Assembly (NCBI GenBank): GCA_013265495.1
Contig: MU057801.1
Span: 1,109,879 to 1,173,878 of the forward strand
Reading direction: 5' to 3'
Origin: Vicugna vicugna
Taxonomy: Eukaryota
Length of the DNA: 64,000 nt
The notes below the pieces were generated by a model that saw nothing but the letters and a program-made list of their open reading frames with translations, was not told the origin of the DNA and ran no database searches. The position numbers were made by a program, and so were the translations under genes. This document shows, in pieces, positions 1-12,454 of this stretch (positions are counted from its first letter, which is position 1; every line of letters starts with the position of its first letter).

Positions 1-819
1 AGCTGGAGCCCCCAGAGCTCCCAAGGGGAAAGCGCGCTGAGACCAAGGGCCCTGCAGCCGCCACCGGGGTCCCCGGCCGCTCAGGGCGCGTCCTGGCTTC
101 AGGCTGGGTGTCCCTGTTGAAGGGCAGAGGGAAACACCCATGAGAAATTCCGGCCTTCCAGTGGCTCCTTAAGGAACTTAAAGGAAAGAAAGAAAGAAAG
201 AAAGGCGGCCTGGGAGAGGGACTAGTTCTGAGAATTGCAATGGGGCAGGATCAGGTCTGTTTTGAAGCCAACGAGGGGGAAAAGGCACGGGTTTGCTCAC
301 GCAGCAGGATGTTAGCGCACAGGGCGGGACGGCGCCGCGAAGCCCAGCCCGGTCCAGCTGTCGGCCTGGTTGCTCTGTCTCCAGGTGAAGAGAAGGGGCC
401 CTTGTTTCCCCGGGAAAGAGAGGAGCCTTGTTTGCTGACCCCTGGTCCCGGCCTGCTGAGGACCGCCCCTCCTCTGGCCTTTGTCCTCGGTCCCCTCCCC
501 ACCCCCCTCCTGGCTTTGTGCGCCCTTCAAGTGGCCCCCTGGGAGGGACCACCCAGGGGGCTGCACAATGGGGCTGAGGTTGCCATCAAAACATGGGCCT
601 GGAGGCCAGCCTGTGAAAAGAGAAGCGCTGTTGAGCTGTGTGTGTCTGTCCTTCCTACAGCCGTCTCGTGTGCAGACAGAGCCCCTGATGAGCTTCACTG
701 TGGCCGCACGTACAGCTGCTCCAGCAGGCGGCCGGCGGGCTGGACAGGGTGGCTTCCAGTGTGTGTTCCCAGGGCGCTCATTCTGGATGCGGTTTATACG
801 TTCACACGTCTGGATTCCT

Positions 820-1060
820 GGTCGGGAAGTTTGATATCACAGCAAACAAATCGCGCTGCCTTGATGAAACTGTTTTATCAGCCGTCCTCAGTGTTGGAGG
901 CTGGCGTTGCTCTTGGGTGAAATTTGTCTGTGATTTTGCTGAACAAAAGCTGGCAGCCCGGGATTCAGCCCTCAACAGCATTTACACCTCTGTAAAGGGA
1001 TTAGCTCAGGCCGATTGTTACCCTGTTTAAATCTCAATTTGCATCTTCATGGAAGCGGCG
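820..1060. promoter_or_regulatory. Candidate intronic enhancer
   Basis: Non-repetitive block with TCF-like TTTGAT/CTTGATG, FOX GCAAACA (842), GATA TTATCA (875), SOX AACAAAAG (942), OTX GGATTA (998) and octamer ATTTGCAT (1037). Conservation is inferred, not measured. Confidence 0.35.
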
Positions 1061-4000
1061 CTTCTCTGGGCCTCTCTGCTTCTCAGCTGTGTTTGGTACC
1101 TGTGGGTGGGAGGTCAGGGAGGTTTTCTCTGGTTGGTGTAGGTGCTAAATTGCTTCGGGAGGACCAGTGAGCGACACACATTCAGTTGGCGGCTCAGGCT
1201 TTGACTGACAGCCGTCGGCTCCGGTTCGTTAGTTACATTTTGCAGCAGTTGTGGGCTTTGAGCGTTTGGTGCGTGAATGCATTCTGTTACTTGTGCTTAA
1301 ACTTAAGAACCTTCATGGGTCTTAGGAGAGTTTTAAATGTTGTTCATCATAATCAACGAATTTCCTTGGGAATTAAGTGCAGAAAACCAGACCTAGGAAC
1401 CGATGAAATGGTAGTTTAAAAATCATCTTTTCCATCCAGACCATGTGTTCTTAGTATAAAGATCAAAGCCACCTTATGTTTTGGAAGGAAGGTGGGACCG
1501 AAGCCAAGAGGAGAAAGAAGTTGCATTTCCAGCCTGGGGGTTTCTGCGAGTTGCGGCGGCCCAGAGGGGCAGGTCGCCCGGTCGCCTCTTCCCACCTGAT
1601 GTGTTGGGTTATTCCTCAGTTACAGGCTCACACGCACGGCCACCCCTACAGTGATGTCTGTTTGTTGTTGCTCATTCTGAAATAGTTTCCTCCCTAAAAC
1701 TTTGCTCTGGATGTGACCAACTGCTTTATGATTTTTTAAGCTCATTGAGAAGACAATAAAACGTGTTTCTTAAAACTTTTTAACAACGAACATTATATTA
1801 TGTAAATTATGTAAGCAGACTCAGCCCTACTTATAGTCAGTGATCACCAGGCCATTTGAGACTGACTGCTGTCTCCTGGAGAAGATAAAACCCCAGAGTC
1901 AAGCTCGCAGCTCTGCAGCTGAAGCACGGAGTTCTGAGGCCCCCGAAGATGACACCCCCGGCCCTGTGTGATGGTCACCTGCTAGAGTTAAGGGAAAGTT
2001 TATTTTCCATTTGCCAATAAGTAATTCTCAGCTTGGGATACTGAAGGCAAGAATCTAACACCTTTCCTCTTACTCTCTCATTAAAAAAGTGTACCTTGCG
2101 CATTCACTTTAGCCTGGCATAGAATTGTCTCTTTTAAATTATATCCTAAGTTCTGTGTAACTGAAAGACGGGAAAGAAGCTTTCTTGGAAAGCAATTACT
2201 GTAAACTTGGCCAAAAAGAGTTCTATTTATTGTATGCTTATCTGTTGTTGGATAAAATACAATGCACCTCTTTCAAGGGCTGCTCACGCTTCTAGCGATT
2301 AGTTGTCATCCAGCAGGTTTGTCCTCTTGCGGGACTTTGCAGAAAACAAACAGATGGAAGAGCCCAGGCATTAGTGCCAGGCTGGTCCACAAATCCTGGG
2401 AGAGACTGGACACAGGCTGTCAGGCCGAGGCCCTCTGGCTGGATTATTTTGTAGAAAATCAAACAGAAGGCGTGAAAGAAATTGGGATCTTGAATCCTAA
2501 AATAGTGTTTTCATAACACATAGTCTTTAATCTTTAGCTTTATACAGTGTGTGAATTACTTGGGAGAGTTATTTTCAGCAAAAGATTGATGGATATTTTG
2601 CAGACAAAGTTTGATATCCCATGGGGAGATAACTGTTAGAAGTCCTCGACACAGACCAGCTCATCCTTCAGCCAGACAAGCGCTGAGTTAATCTGGTGTC
2701 CACCCCAACTCCGTGGGGACAGTGCTTGTGGCCGTCTGTTGCTCACTCGTTGCCAAGCCCTGGAAGCCCCCAACTGGTGTGACACCAACATATAAAAACA
2801 GACCATGACAATAGGTGTGTCGTGAATTTCTCTAATCTTATTTTAATCGTGGCCTGTCAGTCAGCACAGCATCATGAAGTGTGTCTTCAGCACCTGTGGA
2901 ATCCCACATCCGGTTACTGTTCTCGGCAGGCTCTTGGTTTAGTCGACAAGACTCGGCATCCAAGGGTAATGGCAGAGTGCAGGGTGTGGTCAGCCTGGTG
3001 CTGGAGAAGCTCGGGACGGGAGGGGTGGGAGGGCCAGGAAGATGCCTGTGAAGGAGGCAGCCAGAAGCTCGCAGACAGGCGGGAGGCCGGCTGGTCTGAG
3101 CGGGCCTGCTGTTTGATTGATCAGATTGGAAAAAATGGAGGTTCTGACTGGACGAGCGGGTGTGATTGAGCACTGCCCCCTGAGCCCCGCTGTGGTCCTG
3201 GGTGGCGTGGGGGTGCAGGTTCCGGCATCAGGGCTACCGTGTCCATCCGCAGTGATGAAACCACTAACCTGCTTTCTCGAATCGTCATTCCTAAGAATGG
3301 CACAGATGAAGTGCTCGTCCCTGCAGGGGGCTCCCCTGTGCCCCCACCACTAGGCGCACCAGTGCTTCCCCTGTCGCCTGCTGTCCTCGGGTTTGGGAGA
3401 GGTGCAGAAACGTCAGGCCCTGGCCCTTGCTCAGGGTTTGCCCCTGGTCTTTTGATATTTTCTTCCATAGCTTTTTAGAATCACGCTCTCCCCCAGACAG
3501 ACCTTTTTTTAAAGGAAGTTACTGACCAGTCTCTTTGGAGGCTGTTGTGGCATGGTGACGGACCTAACCTGAAACAGCGGCCAGGTGGTTGCACTCCACC
3601 AGCCCCAGGTAGACTGCAGGTGGGTGATGAGGGCCACTTTCCACGCCTTCCTGTTCTTACCAAGAATAAAGAAAAATGTATTGCTGTGGGATCTGAAAGG
3701 AGAAATAATAGTCATTTTTCTGCATTCAGAAACCTGTACTTCATTCAGCTAGCAGTTTTCCATTTCTTCACAGTGACAATTTAAGTAAATTTCCTGTGAG
3801 TCAAAGAGATCTAACTTTGTTATGATTGACAATATAAAATTAGTCTTTTCTGCTGTTGAGATTATCTGGCGTTCCTATCAGGTGCAGTGTGGAATGAGAT
3901 TGCACAGCTGTGGATTTGAACATCATTAAAGTCTTCAAAGGGTTAAAAACTACTTCCTCTGATGGATTTGAAACTGCCACATCCACACAAGTTTTTCAAA

Positions 4001-4158
4001 CTGCCCCATCTTTGTGGAGAGACAGTCTTGTCACTGCATTTTTATGTCTAGATTGTGTTACAGATATGTCAGTAAGCCAGGAAGAACCACCATAGATTCT
4101 AGAAGCTGGCCGTCTGCACTTAAATGGCCCCTCACACGGCACCTGTTTTATTTTACAG

Positions 4159-4272
4159 GCTCTGTGGTCACCGTGACACTCTGAGAGAAGACCTTGAAGC
4201 CTACGGAGCAGCTGTCCTTCACCAGCTCCCGAGGCTCTCCCCCGGAGGTGGCAGCAGTGAAGGACATGACAG
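4159..4272 (+). CDS. KIZ: KIZ internal coding exon, 114 nt, symmetric phase 2-2 (cassette-type)
   Basis: Acceptor ttttattttacag|G and donor AG|gtacca. Translates (R)LCGHRDTLREDLEAYGAAVLHQLPRLSPGGGSSEGHD(R) and joins exon 10723 in frame. Not in the canonical human protein as I recall it. Confidence 0.75.
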
Positions 4273-4609
4273 GTACCACTGCCACCAAGCTGCTCCTGGG
4301 GTGGGCGGCGCTTCCTGTCCCCGAGGAGGGGCACAGAACCCCAGTCCGCACGGTCAGCACTGCGCGAGACTCGGGTAGCCGACCGTGTGACTGTTTTACA
4401 GACCTCACCGTCTGCTTCTTTGTGAATGTGTTTGTTTAATTGTTAATTGGATGTGTCCCTCCCAGTCCCAGCTCACAGTGGTGCTTTCAGGCGTACTCGA
4501 GGGGAGGGAACACGCGCTGGCGTTGTCTGGCGTGTGCGCATCTCAGTGAAACAGTAGAGCCGCCAGCTACAGGCCGGTCCAAACCTTGATGGGTCCTGAG
4601 TCTCCAGGG

Positions 4610-4806
4610 CCGTGCTGGTGATACAGGCCCCCAGGTATGTTCCTGGGCCGACCTCATGCACAAGCCCTGGGAGCCTGCTAGGAGTGCGTGTTCTCAGGGC
4701 CCACCCCAGGTCCACTGGATCAGGAATCTGGAGGTGGGGCCCTGCCATCTGGGTTTGAGTGAGTGGGTGAGGGGACTCTGTTCCCTCAAGTTTGAGAGCA
4801 CTGCTC
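4610..4806. mobile_element. MER5A-like hAT-Charlie DNA transposon relic
   Basis: Typical MER5 phrases gggcccaccccag...ggatcaggaatctggaggtggggcc...aagtttgagagcactgct. Confidence 0.6.
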
Positions 4807-6559
4807 CAAGGATTCGCTGTGACTGCTAGAAAGCTGGGCCGCTGTGGGGGGCGTCGGGTGGGGGGCTGAGTTGTGTGCAGGATCGTTGGCTTACATGATC
4901 CAAGGTTCTTGTACGTCTGCTTCAGTGAGTCAGAAATCTATACCATCCGGCCATCTTTTCAGCTGTCTGGGTTTCTTCTCATGGCCTCAGAAGCTTTGTG
5001 GCACCTCTGTAGGCTTGAATACATGAAGTTACAGATGTGTAACGTGTATAATGGTTTGCCCAGGGCTGGTGTCCGGTGCCAGATTCGCGGTGTGTGAATG
5101 TTACCAGTGTCCTCACCCTGATTTTTATTTGGAGGACTGCATACATTTCCTCTTATAAAATACACCCCCGCCCTTTCCTAGCAGAGGACAGATTCCTGCT
5201 CAGGTGTGGCCGGCAGGGCAGCGTCTGTGAGAGCCCTTCTGAGAGAGCGAGGGGGCCTGGGTCTGGTGGTCCCGCGTCCAGCATTGCTCTCTGTCTTCCG
5301 CGAGCCCCACAGGCCCCTACGTGAGCGCTGGAAACAGGGAGGAGGACGTGATCTTCTATGTGTTCGTCCATCAAGGCATGAGGGGAAGTCAGGGTAGCGT
5401 CTCCAGAAGGACCTTGTCACGTGGCCCTGTTCTGCAGGCCACACGTGGGGGTCACGAGTCTGGAATGTGTTTGCACTGCCTTCTGCGTTGTCCTCCGGCC
5501 TCCAAACTACAGAGAATGCTGGAAGTGACCTTCCTGGTCAGCACTTCTTCAACTTAGAGCGGTGCAGGGCAGTGCACGGAGATCCTTGTGCACGTTCTTA
5601 TCCTGTGAAATGAAAAACGGCAGCCTTAAATGCTCCTTTACGTGGGGGTGGAAGAGACTGTCTGGGGAGGGATCTTTCTGGTTGTTCAGTGGCCACGGTG
5701 GGGCTCTGTAACCCACCCCCGCTGCTTTCTCACTGCCTTTTGTCTGCTGATATACTGTTTGGCATAAACCACAGTTGTGGTACGTGGCGTAAAAAGCGTA
5801 TATGCATGTATAATTCTCTTTGCAGACTGACTTGTTAGACCTAATGATTCATTGTGTGACTCTCTTAACCTGGGCTGCCAGACTGACTTGGGTGACAAGA
5901 CATGAAAGCCACATCTACTAGACGAACGTTTGTTACGTTTCTCAACATGCATAATAGAGCGCTGATTTCCATCATGAGAGGCTGCATTTTACATGACCAT
6001 TGATCTACAGTTCTGTGTAAATCAGCCTTCCCCAAGAAATGATCCTTCTTTACGACCAACACAAATTTTAAAATTAATATCTGGAGCCTTCAGAACTGTT
6101 TCTTTGCCACAGTCATTTTTTAAAGCCAGATAACAAGTCAGGAATGCTTGCTAACGTCACTGTTATGTGCTGCCACAATTAGAGTCACCCTGTGTGTCAT
6201 GACTGGGGATGTGGTTTATGCACACTGATTGTCCCTGGGTCACTCTCTAGCCTCAGAAATAGTGCCAAGTGTCTCCATGACCTGTGAGAGCAAGCTATCA
6301 GGTGGTAAATGCGGCCTCTTTCTAGCAGGTGTCAGTCATGCGTCGCTCTCCCCCTCCAGTGCCTCTCGGCACTTGGGACTTACTGCTGGGTGTTCCCCTA
6401 AGTGAAATATTTCTGGCTGCTTTGTGATGTCTCTTGGACTGAAGCAGTCAGCTGGTCATTCCAGAAACACAGACTTGAAGAGAATGACCTACTTCCATTC
6501 CTTAATTGTTAATGATGTTGGTGTCACAGAATTCTAAGCCAGGCAGAATGCATAGGCTC

Positions 6560-6725
6560 CAGAGAGCTGGGACTCTCACTAACAGCCTGTGCACAGAGCC
6601 GTCCGTGTTGGGTGTGGCAATGGCCCTGCTTGTGCCCCCAGCCACGTGTTGGCAGTCAGCATCTTCTCTAATCCCATCTGTGAAATGGGACACCTGTCCT
6701 GCAGCATACTCTGAGAGACAGTGTG
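6560..6725 (+). mobile_element. MIR SINE relic
   Basis: Core-like catctgtgaaatgggacacctgtcctgcagcatactctgaga with upstream degenerate tRNA-derived sequence. Confidence 0.4.
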
Positions 6726-7534
6726 GAGACTTCTGAATTCTAAGTCGCAAGATGAAGCATCTTAAAAGGAAAAACAAAACCACTGCTATCATCCTATTAT
6801 TGATTTTCACTAGGTTAAGGATTTTAAAAATGTGTTCATTATTACCTCCTGGAAAGTGTATTTTACCATAAAAGTGATTACTTACTAAGTTACTTTTTCT
6901 TATGTGGAAACCATAGTGAGACTCCCCAGGACTTTGTTTTTCCCAAGTGCAACTAATTGTCTCTGTCAGGGATTACGTTCAGATGCAGTCACCCAATTGT
7001 GCCGCAATGTAAAGCTGAAAAACTGAGTGAGCTTTATAGTGTTTGGAGAACAGTATGTAGAAATCTCTTTATTTTATTCCGCTTGTGTTTAGAATGAAAT
7101 TCAAGGTATTTATTACTTTGCGTTTAAAACTTTGGTCAAATTACCAATCTGTTGTTAATCAGTTGCAGTTAGGAAGTGTTGGAATATTTGCTTAAATTGC
7201 AGTTTTCTGATTGGAAGCCATTCCAGGTATGTGAAATTAATTATAGACTATTTAAAGCCTATTGTTTTGTTTACTTTTAATTGGAGGAGTATATTATTGA
7301 GCTGACGTCACGCTTTGTTTTCTTCTGTGTGGCATTGATAATTAAGAAGTTTCCAATGTAAAGTGTAAAAAAGAGGAAAAAACTCCTTTAAGTCCTTTGC
7401 ACTACTCTGCAGACTTTCTGACTTGGTGTGTTTGTGTCGAACCGGGGCGGGACTCCACGCAAGGCCAGGCGTGGCCTGTGCCCTCCTTGTTGCTAAGTGT
7501 CGGCTTAGCTGTTCAGAAGTCACAGATTCTAACA

Positions 7535-7680
7535 TTCTTTTTGTTTTGTTTGGGAGGGGTAATATGTTTACTTATGTACTTGTTTAATGGAGGTGCTGGG
7601 GACTGAACCCATGACCTCGTGCCTGCTCAGCATGTGCTGCCTCTGGGAGGGGAGACCCCCTCCACCCCCCTCACCCTCCC
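7535..7680 (-). mobile_element. tRNA-derived short SINE (camelid-type)
   Basis: Reverse complement reads agcacatgctgagcaggcacgaggtcatgggttcagtccccagcacctccattaa...attacccctccc plus an A-rich tail. Same family as copies at 8118, 38569 and 62526. Confidence 0.8.
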
Positions 7681-8117
7681 TGATTCTAGATTCTGGATAT
7701 TCTTCCTCCTCCAAAAGCTCATGTGCTTTTTGACCCCACGCAAGCCAGTTAAAGGGTTTTGTCCTTTTGTGAAGCAAGTATAATAATTTTAGGAACCTTA
7801 GCTGATTCTTCCATGCCAGGACCCAAACCGTGGTCACAGTTGGCGGAGGTATCAGTAACCAGAGTCTCGCCTCGACTTTCTGCAGAAATCACATGTATCC
7901 ATCACCAGAGAGACTGGTCTCTGATAATTCAGTCCATCCCAACTAATTTAACTCATCGCTTTCAAGTTTAATTCAACCTAACTAAAAACATGTTTTCAGG
8001 CTCGAAACCCAATTGATTAACTCATTGTGAGGAATATATCTGCTGACTGGACTAGAATTTGCTGATGGCCTGTGAGCGCGTTTTCCTAGCCGAGAACTCT
8101 GTTGCAAAACTGCGTAT

Positions 8118-8220
8118 GGGGGTGGGGAATAGCTCAGTGGTGGAGCCCCTGCTTAGCATGCACAAGGTCCTGGATTCAGTCCCCAGTGCCTCCATTTAAA
8201 AACAGAAACAAAAACAAGTA
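8118..8220 (+). mobile_element. tRNA-Ala-like SINE (camelid-type)
   Basis: gggggtggggaatagctcagtggtggag...cttagcatgcacaaggtcctggattcagtccccagtgcctcca plus A-rich tail; A-box and degenerate B-box present. Confidence 0.85.
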
Positions 8221-8499
8221 CAAATGCAAAGGTTGCTTCATTCACATAGAATCAGAACAAAGGAGTCTGGTGGCTTTATACATCGGTGAAGTCTAGATGT
8301 CTCCAGGAAAGGCATGTCCCTGAAGGGGCTTTCTGCCAAACCAGCTGGAACCTTAGGATCCTTCTGGGAAGTTTTAAAGTAACTTCAGGGGTTCCAGTGA
8401 TGAACCCCACTGTCATCACATCTCGGGAAAAACCAGGGTTAGGTCAGGCAAAGGTTGTAACAATTAAGACTTATTAAAGGAGGTTCTGAATTGTGCCTG

Positions 8500-9480
8500 G
8501 ACTTTTTCCCCAACACTTCCCCAACATTTTATTATGAAAATTTCCAGACATACAGAAAGTGAAAAGAACTGTACATCCACATACTCAGCACTAAGATTCC
8601 ACTGTTGACATTTGATCACACTCCCAAATCTGTCTCTCCCCTGCCCACCCATCTGTCAGTTCCAGCCTTTTATTCCAATGCATTCCCAAGTAAGTTGCAG
8701 ATACTAATACACTGGTTTTTTCACTTGTACTTTGAAATGTTTAAACATCCACAAAAGCAGATCGAATAGTGCAGTGAAGCCCCATGTACCCCCACCCGCA
8801 TCCACCAGTTGTCAGCAGTTTGCGGGTCTTGTTTGATCTCTTTCCATCACCCACGTTTTTTTCTTGAGTAGTTTAAAACAGACAGCTTTCTTCACTCAGA
8901 AATACTTCTGTCTCTAACATACAAGGATTTAATACTTTACCATTTAACAAAATTCTTTATTACCTAGTGCTTGTTAGTTTGCCTTGATTGTAGCAAAAAA
9001 AAGTCCTGCATTTGCTGTGTTTGGCTCAGGATGCAATCAATGTTCCCTGTAAACTGGCCGTTAGGTCCGGATACAGGATGACATTCCAAGCCAGTATTTT
9101 GGCAAAACAACATCACAGGCCTTGACTCCTCATCCCACCTCCTCGGGCAGCACGTGTCCGATCGTCCTGTTGTTCCTGCTGCCCGGACCCGTCCGTGGAC
9201 TCAAGCGCTGGCCGACTGGTGCCTCTGGCACAGAGCTCGGCAGCACGCAGGTTTCTCAGGAGCGTGATCCTTTCCTAGGTGTGGTCCTTAATTTGCACTT
9301 GCACCATGGTGACTTTTCTAACTCAGTCATTTCTTCTGCATTGATTAGTTGGAAGAACTTTCCCCATCAACTGCTTGGTAACTCTGAAGTTTATTTTTTA
9401 ACCACAAAGGCAGGATAAATGCTTGATTATATCCCTTTACTTAACCAGTTTCCAGAATAACGACCTGTTACCCGAGTGGC
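8500..9480 (-). mobile_element. Ancient L1 (L1M/L1ME-type) 3' fragments
   Basis: ttttattatgaaaatttccagacatacagaaagtgaaaagaa and related phrases typical of antisense old L1 3' ends. Boundaries approximate. Confidence 0.5.
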
Positions 9481-9504
9481 TTCCACAGGCTGGCTGGTTT
9501 GTTT

Positions 9505-9850
9505 ATATTTTTAACTGTGGTAAAAGCACAGAGCTTACCACCTAAACCACTTTGAAGTGTGCTGCTAAGTAGTGTTAACTGCATTTCCATGGTTGTGCAA
9601 CAGATCCACAGAACCTTTCCGTCTGAGGAAACTGAAACTCTGTAGCCATTAAACAAAACGTTCCCCTTCGCCCTCCTCCCAGCCCCTTGCGCTCACTGTT
9701 CTGCCGGACAGCTGCGGAGTCGTGTGGCCGTGGACTGCTGCCATATTTGCCTCCTTGTGACTGGCTTTTCTCACTTAGCACAAGGTCCTAAAGATTCATC
9801 TGTGTTGTAGCATGTGACAAGGTTTCCTTCCTTTTTAAGGCTGAATCCAA
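9505..9850 (-). mobile_element. L1MB-like 3' end
   Basis: Reverse frames give FNGYRVSV...VLWICCTTM and MLSEKSQSQ..., typical pseudo-translations of L1MB 3' UTRs. Confidence 0.7.
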
Positions 9851-10722
9851 AGGTTTTCATTATTTTTTACAATTTATTTATGTATTTAATTTTTAAAAGA
9901 GCTCATGTATTTTTATATATTTGCTGTGTTTCAGTCCATTGCAGTCATTATTCCTTTGGTGCTCAAATTGTCCTGTCTTTGGCCAATGGGATCCCCTTCA
10001 AGATAGCCCTAGGGCCTTTGCACACAACTCAGTCATCTTTGAATGCTTCCTTCCTTTTTGCAGGGACGGGGTGTCTGGGCTCATCCTGTGCATTTGCTGC
10101 CCCAGACCCAGAAGAGGGCATTTTTCTAAGCGGCCCTGATCCCTTTTAGTGTCTGAATATCATAGTCCAGGCAGCAGCGTAGGCTCACTTTCTAGCTCTC
10201 CTAATGATGTCTTAATTTAAAAACCGTGGCAAGCGGCCCAAGGTAAGAGTGCAACAGGAGAAACCATAGCTGAGATGGAAGTGGCGTCCATTTCTTTTAA
10301 GCACATCTGAGAGGAGCCTGGCCACCTCGGCGGTGATCTGTGGCCACAGCCACGCATCAGGCCACACTGTGAGCTTAAAAGACATCAGCTGCCGAGCTGC
10401 ACCACACGCCACCTGGGCTAGATGGTAGCAGCGCCACAAAATACCTGGATCCTGGTGTGGATCCAGTGTGGTGATGGAGTTAAGAATGCTTGCTAGCAAA
10501 GAAATCGTAATGAAAATAAAATAAAAGTTACCAAAAAAAAAAGAAAAAGAAAAAGAAACATGGACTCTGGAAACTCCCTTAGCCCAGCATACATTAGGTT
10601 CTAGACTTTGCTGGGTAAGCTGTCTCCTACTAACTTGATTATGGGGCCTTTGAAAACGCGGGGCTCTCATCAGTAACCCAACGCCACAAATCCCTAATGT
10701 GTCCTCTGCTCCTGTTTTGTAG

Positions 10723-10870
10723 GTCTGAACGAGTGCCAGCCTCAGGCTTGCCGAGGGCAGGACTGGGTCAGCATGCTGCCACCTTGAAAGGGCACGACAG
10801 TTCTCTCCAGGAAGGGGCCGCTCAGCTCTCTGAAGCTTTCCCAGTCAGAAGCATGGACCAGAGGACAAGG
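10723..10870 (+). CDS. KIZ: KIZ coding exon, 148 nt
   Basis: Acceptor cctgttttgtag|G and donor AGG|gttagc. SERVPASGLPRAGLGQHAATLKGHDSSLQEGAAQLSEAFPVRSMDQRTR resembles human KIZ PRAQVGQHVATLKEHDNS (recalled). Ends in phase 0, matching the next exon. Confidence 0.88.
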
Positions 10871-12428
10871 GTTAGCAGTTCTGTTTTGTTTTTAATAAGT
10901 TTCAGCATGTACAAGTTAGTCATTTGAGGAAATAAATTATGTTCTTAACGATGATTAACATATTTTTAAGAAATGGTAAGTTATAAGTGAGGTTTTGTGG
11001 TTTGTTTGTTTGTGTGAACTCTCTGATCTTTTGCTCAGTGTTTTGTGTAGGAGTCTCAAGTCCTCACATAAAGTTAATTCCAGTCCTGGAGGTAACCCAG
11101 TTAAACATACCTACTGCAGCATTTTCCCAAGGAACTTAGAAGCTTCTTTTAAAATTCTGGTTTTCTTTCTCTTTCCTTTAAAAATGCTGCCTGGTCATTT
11201 ATGCCAACTCGGCAAATATGTATTGACCGTCTCTGTCCATAGGCATCAGCCCAGACCCATTAGAGGGAAAGACAGAAGTAAAATGCAGCCCCTCCTTTCA
11301 GGGAAGGAGAGCATGGCTGGGGATGTGGACCCTCTGAGAAGGGAGCAGGCTGATGGAGAAGCAGTGACGGCAGACTTCGTGTCTGAGGGAGTGGAGGGCA
11401 ATGTGGAGCGACCTTTAAAAGACAGGTTGCTGACGGACAAGGGCTGTTAGGAGCCAAAGAACAGACGAGGAAAGCCAGCACTTTTCCGGGAGAAGGAGTT
11501 GTTCTCTGTGGTGAAGAGTGGACGGCAGTCTGGGGACGGGGACGAGAAAGGGCAGGGCAGCCCCAGGCGCACCGGGCAGGGCTGGCCCAGGCTGAGGGGC
11601 TGGTGCTCGGCTGAGAGGAGTGTGGAAGGTCACGCAGCTCTCCGAGCTGGGCTGTGGGGGGGCCCTGCAGGGCCTCCGGGAATGCCGCCGCCTGGACTGG
11701 GAGGGGATGGTGGAGGAGGGGCCTGATGCGGCTCAGACTTGGAGCCCAGGGAGAGACTGGGTAGATTCCCAAGGAGATGGGAGGGGAGGACCCAGAGCCC
11801 AGGTTCCCCGCATCCTGGTCTCCGTTGTTCCCTGGAAAACCATGTTCAGAAACTTGGCCTTCCTTCCCCCAAGTTTAATGTCCTGTAGTTTGTCTTGTTT
11901 CAAAGTATGTTCTTTCATCCTTGTACATAATGTAGGGCTTTCCGGCTTTCATCTTTTAAAGTTTTTATTTTTATCACATGCGAAGTTCAAGGATCCTACG
12001 TATGCGCCTCCTGGAGGCAGACCATGTCACCTGTCCCAAAGCCACAGCCCCTGTCGCTGTGCAGTCCAGACCCGCTGCCATCATGCTCCAGCCTCTCAGA
12101 GCACCTCCAGCCCCCCAGTGCCCCCCTCACCCCTTTAATTAAAAGAGAGTAGAAGGACTTTAAAGCATTCCAAACATACGTACATGGGGGGATGCAGTGA
12201 ACTCACCAACCCACATTCGCATGTGGATACCCCTGTACCCTGTTGTTTCAGACCCCCTCTCCTCTTCCTCCTCCCGAGTTCCCCCTTCTGCAGTGATGAC
12301 TGCAGGTATAGATCCAGCCCTGTGTGCCCTGCGCAGACCTGCCCTTTTCAGATACAACCTTGTGCGCATCCTTCCTGCACGTTTTCCTTCTCCTGGCTTA
12401 CTTTATGTGCGCTGCAAGAAGTAACTCA

Positions 12429-12454
12429 TGGTTTGGTTTGGTTTGGTTTGGTTT
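12429..12454 (+). repeat. (TGGTT)5 microsatellite
   Basis: tggtttggtttggtttggtttggttt seen directly. Confidence 0.9.

Noticed and set aside
240..920. 226-aa ORF and overlapping ORFs
   Set aside because: No recognisable domain, low-complexity GC-rich translation, lies in a KIZ intron; consistent with chance.
8118..8195. tRNA-Ala-like sequences (also 7535, 38569, 62526)
   Set aside because: Mismatched stems, A-rich tails and a TSD in one copy mark them as SINEs, not tRNA genes.
11243..11425. 183-nt exon-like segment (HQPRPIRG...PLKDR)
   Set aside because: Open only as phase 2-2, while the host intron is phase 0 (which gives a stop after 6 codons). The donor gttgct is weak and I recognise no KIZ similarity.
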